Source: a virus (Duplodnaviria > Caudoviricetes). From it: 64,000 nucleotides of DNA. The DNA lies in the IMG/VR virus record IMGVR_UViG_2706796519_000001, positions 6,271 to 70,270 of that record; one strand, given 5' to 3'. The notes beneath the pieces were generated by a model, which worked only from the letters and a program-made list of their open reading frames with translations, was not told the DNA's origin and made no database searches. Numbering within the stretch: position 1 is the stretch's first letter; every line of letters starts with the position of its first letter. Of the stretch, positions 63,905-64,000 are shown one piece after another. The translations under genes were made by a program, and so were the position numbers.

Positions 63905-63963
63905 GGCGGGTCGGTCCCGCCTCCAACAAAGATGATATTACCCGACTTCGGAGTGAAAGTCTA
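63905..63963 (-). promoter_or_regulatory. Repeated promoter cassette, copy 6 (TAGACT-17-TAATAT plus leader hairpin)
   Basis: -35 at 63958-63963, -10 at 63935-63940, hairpin at 63905-63921. Confidence 0.8.
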
Positions 63964-64000
63964 TAGCCTCAGAGCTGGGCGTATGGGTTATCCTGCGGTT

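Noticed and set aside
1-64000. Integrase, attP, tRNA, IS elements, DNA-modification genes
   Set aside because: No recombinase, transposase, methylase or queuosine-pathway motifs and no cloverleaf seen by eye; tRNAscan/ARAGORN would be needed to exclude tRNAs, and part of the genome is outside the window

Overview
The window is 64 kb from a high-GC, long-tailed (siphovirus-type) actinobacteriophage. Gene order and protein motifs match the Cluster B mycobacteriophage plan, recognised from memory and not from a database search. 1-32.7 kb (+) holds the virion genes: portal, MuF/capsid-maturation-protease fusion, two successive capsid proteins, a displaced holin and membrane-protein cluster, major tail, head-tail joining genes, a 2003-aa tape measure and many minor tail proteins. 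32.7-34.5 kb (-) is a small regulatory operon. 34.6-37.6 kb (+) encodes lysin A and lysin B. 37.7-51.8 kb (-) is the replication arm: PD-(D/E)XK exonuclease, ParB-like protein, SF2 helicase, primase-polymerase/helicase and family A DNA polymerase. An AT-rich gap follows, then a short rightward operon (52.2-56.2 kb) and many small leftward genes. I saw no integrase, tRNA or CRISPR array, and the terminase is not in the window. The most striking unexplained structure is non-coding. (1) A six-copy leftward promoter cassette (TAGACT-17-TANNNT) carries a CCCG-N7-CGGG palindrome in its spacer and a conserved 17-nt leader hairpin, and one copy drives the phage's own HTH genes. (2) A set of leaderless TANNNT promoters sits in front of structural genes. 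(3) An ACAACCAC start-associated motif recurs before many genes. A second, displaced tail-chaperone paralogue with a candidate -1 frameshift partner is also notable.
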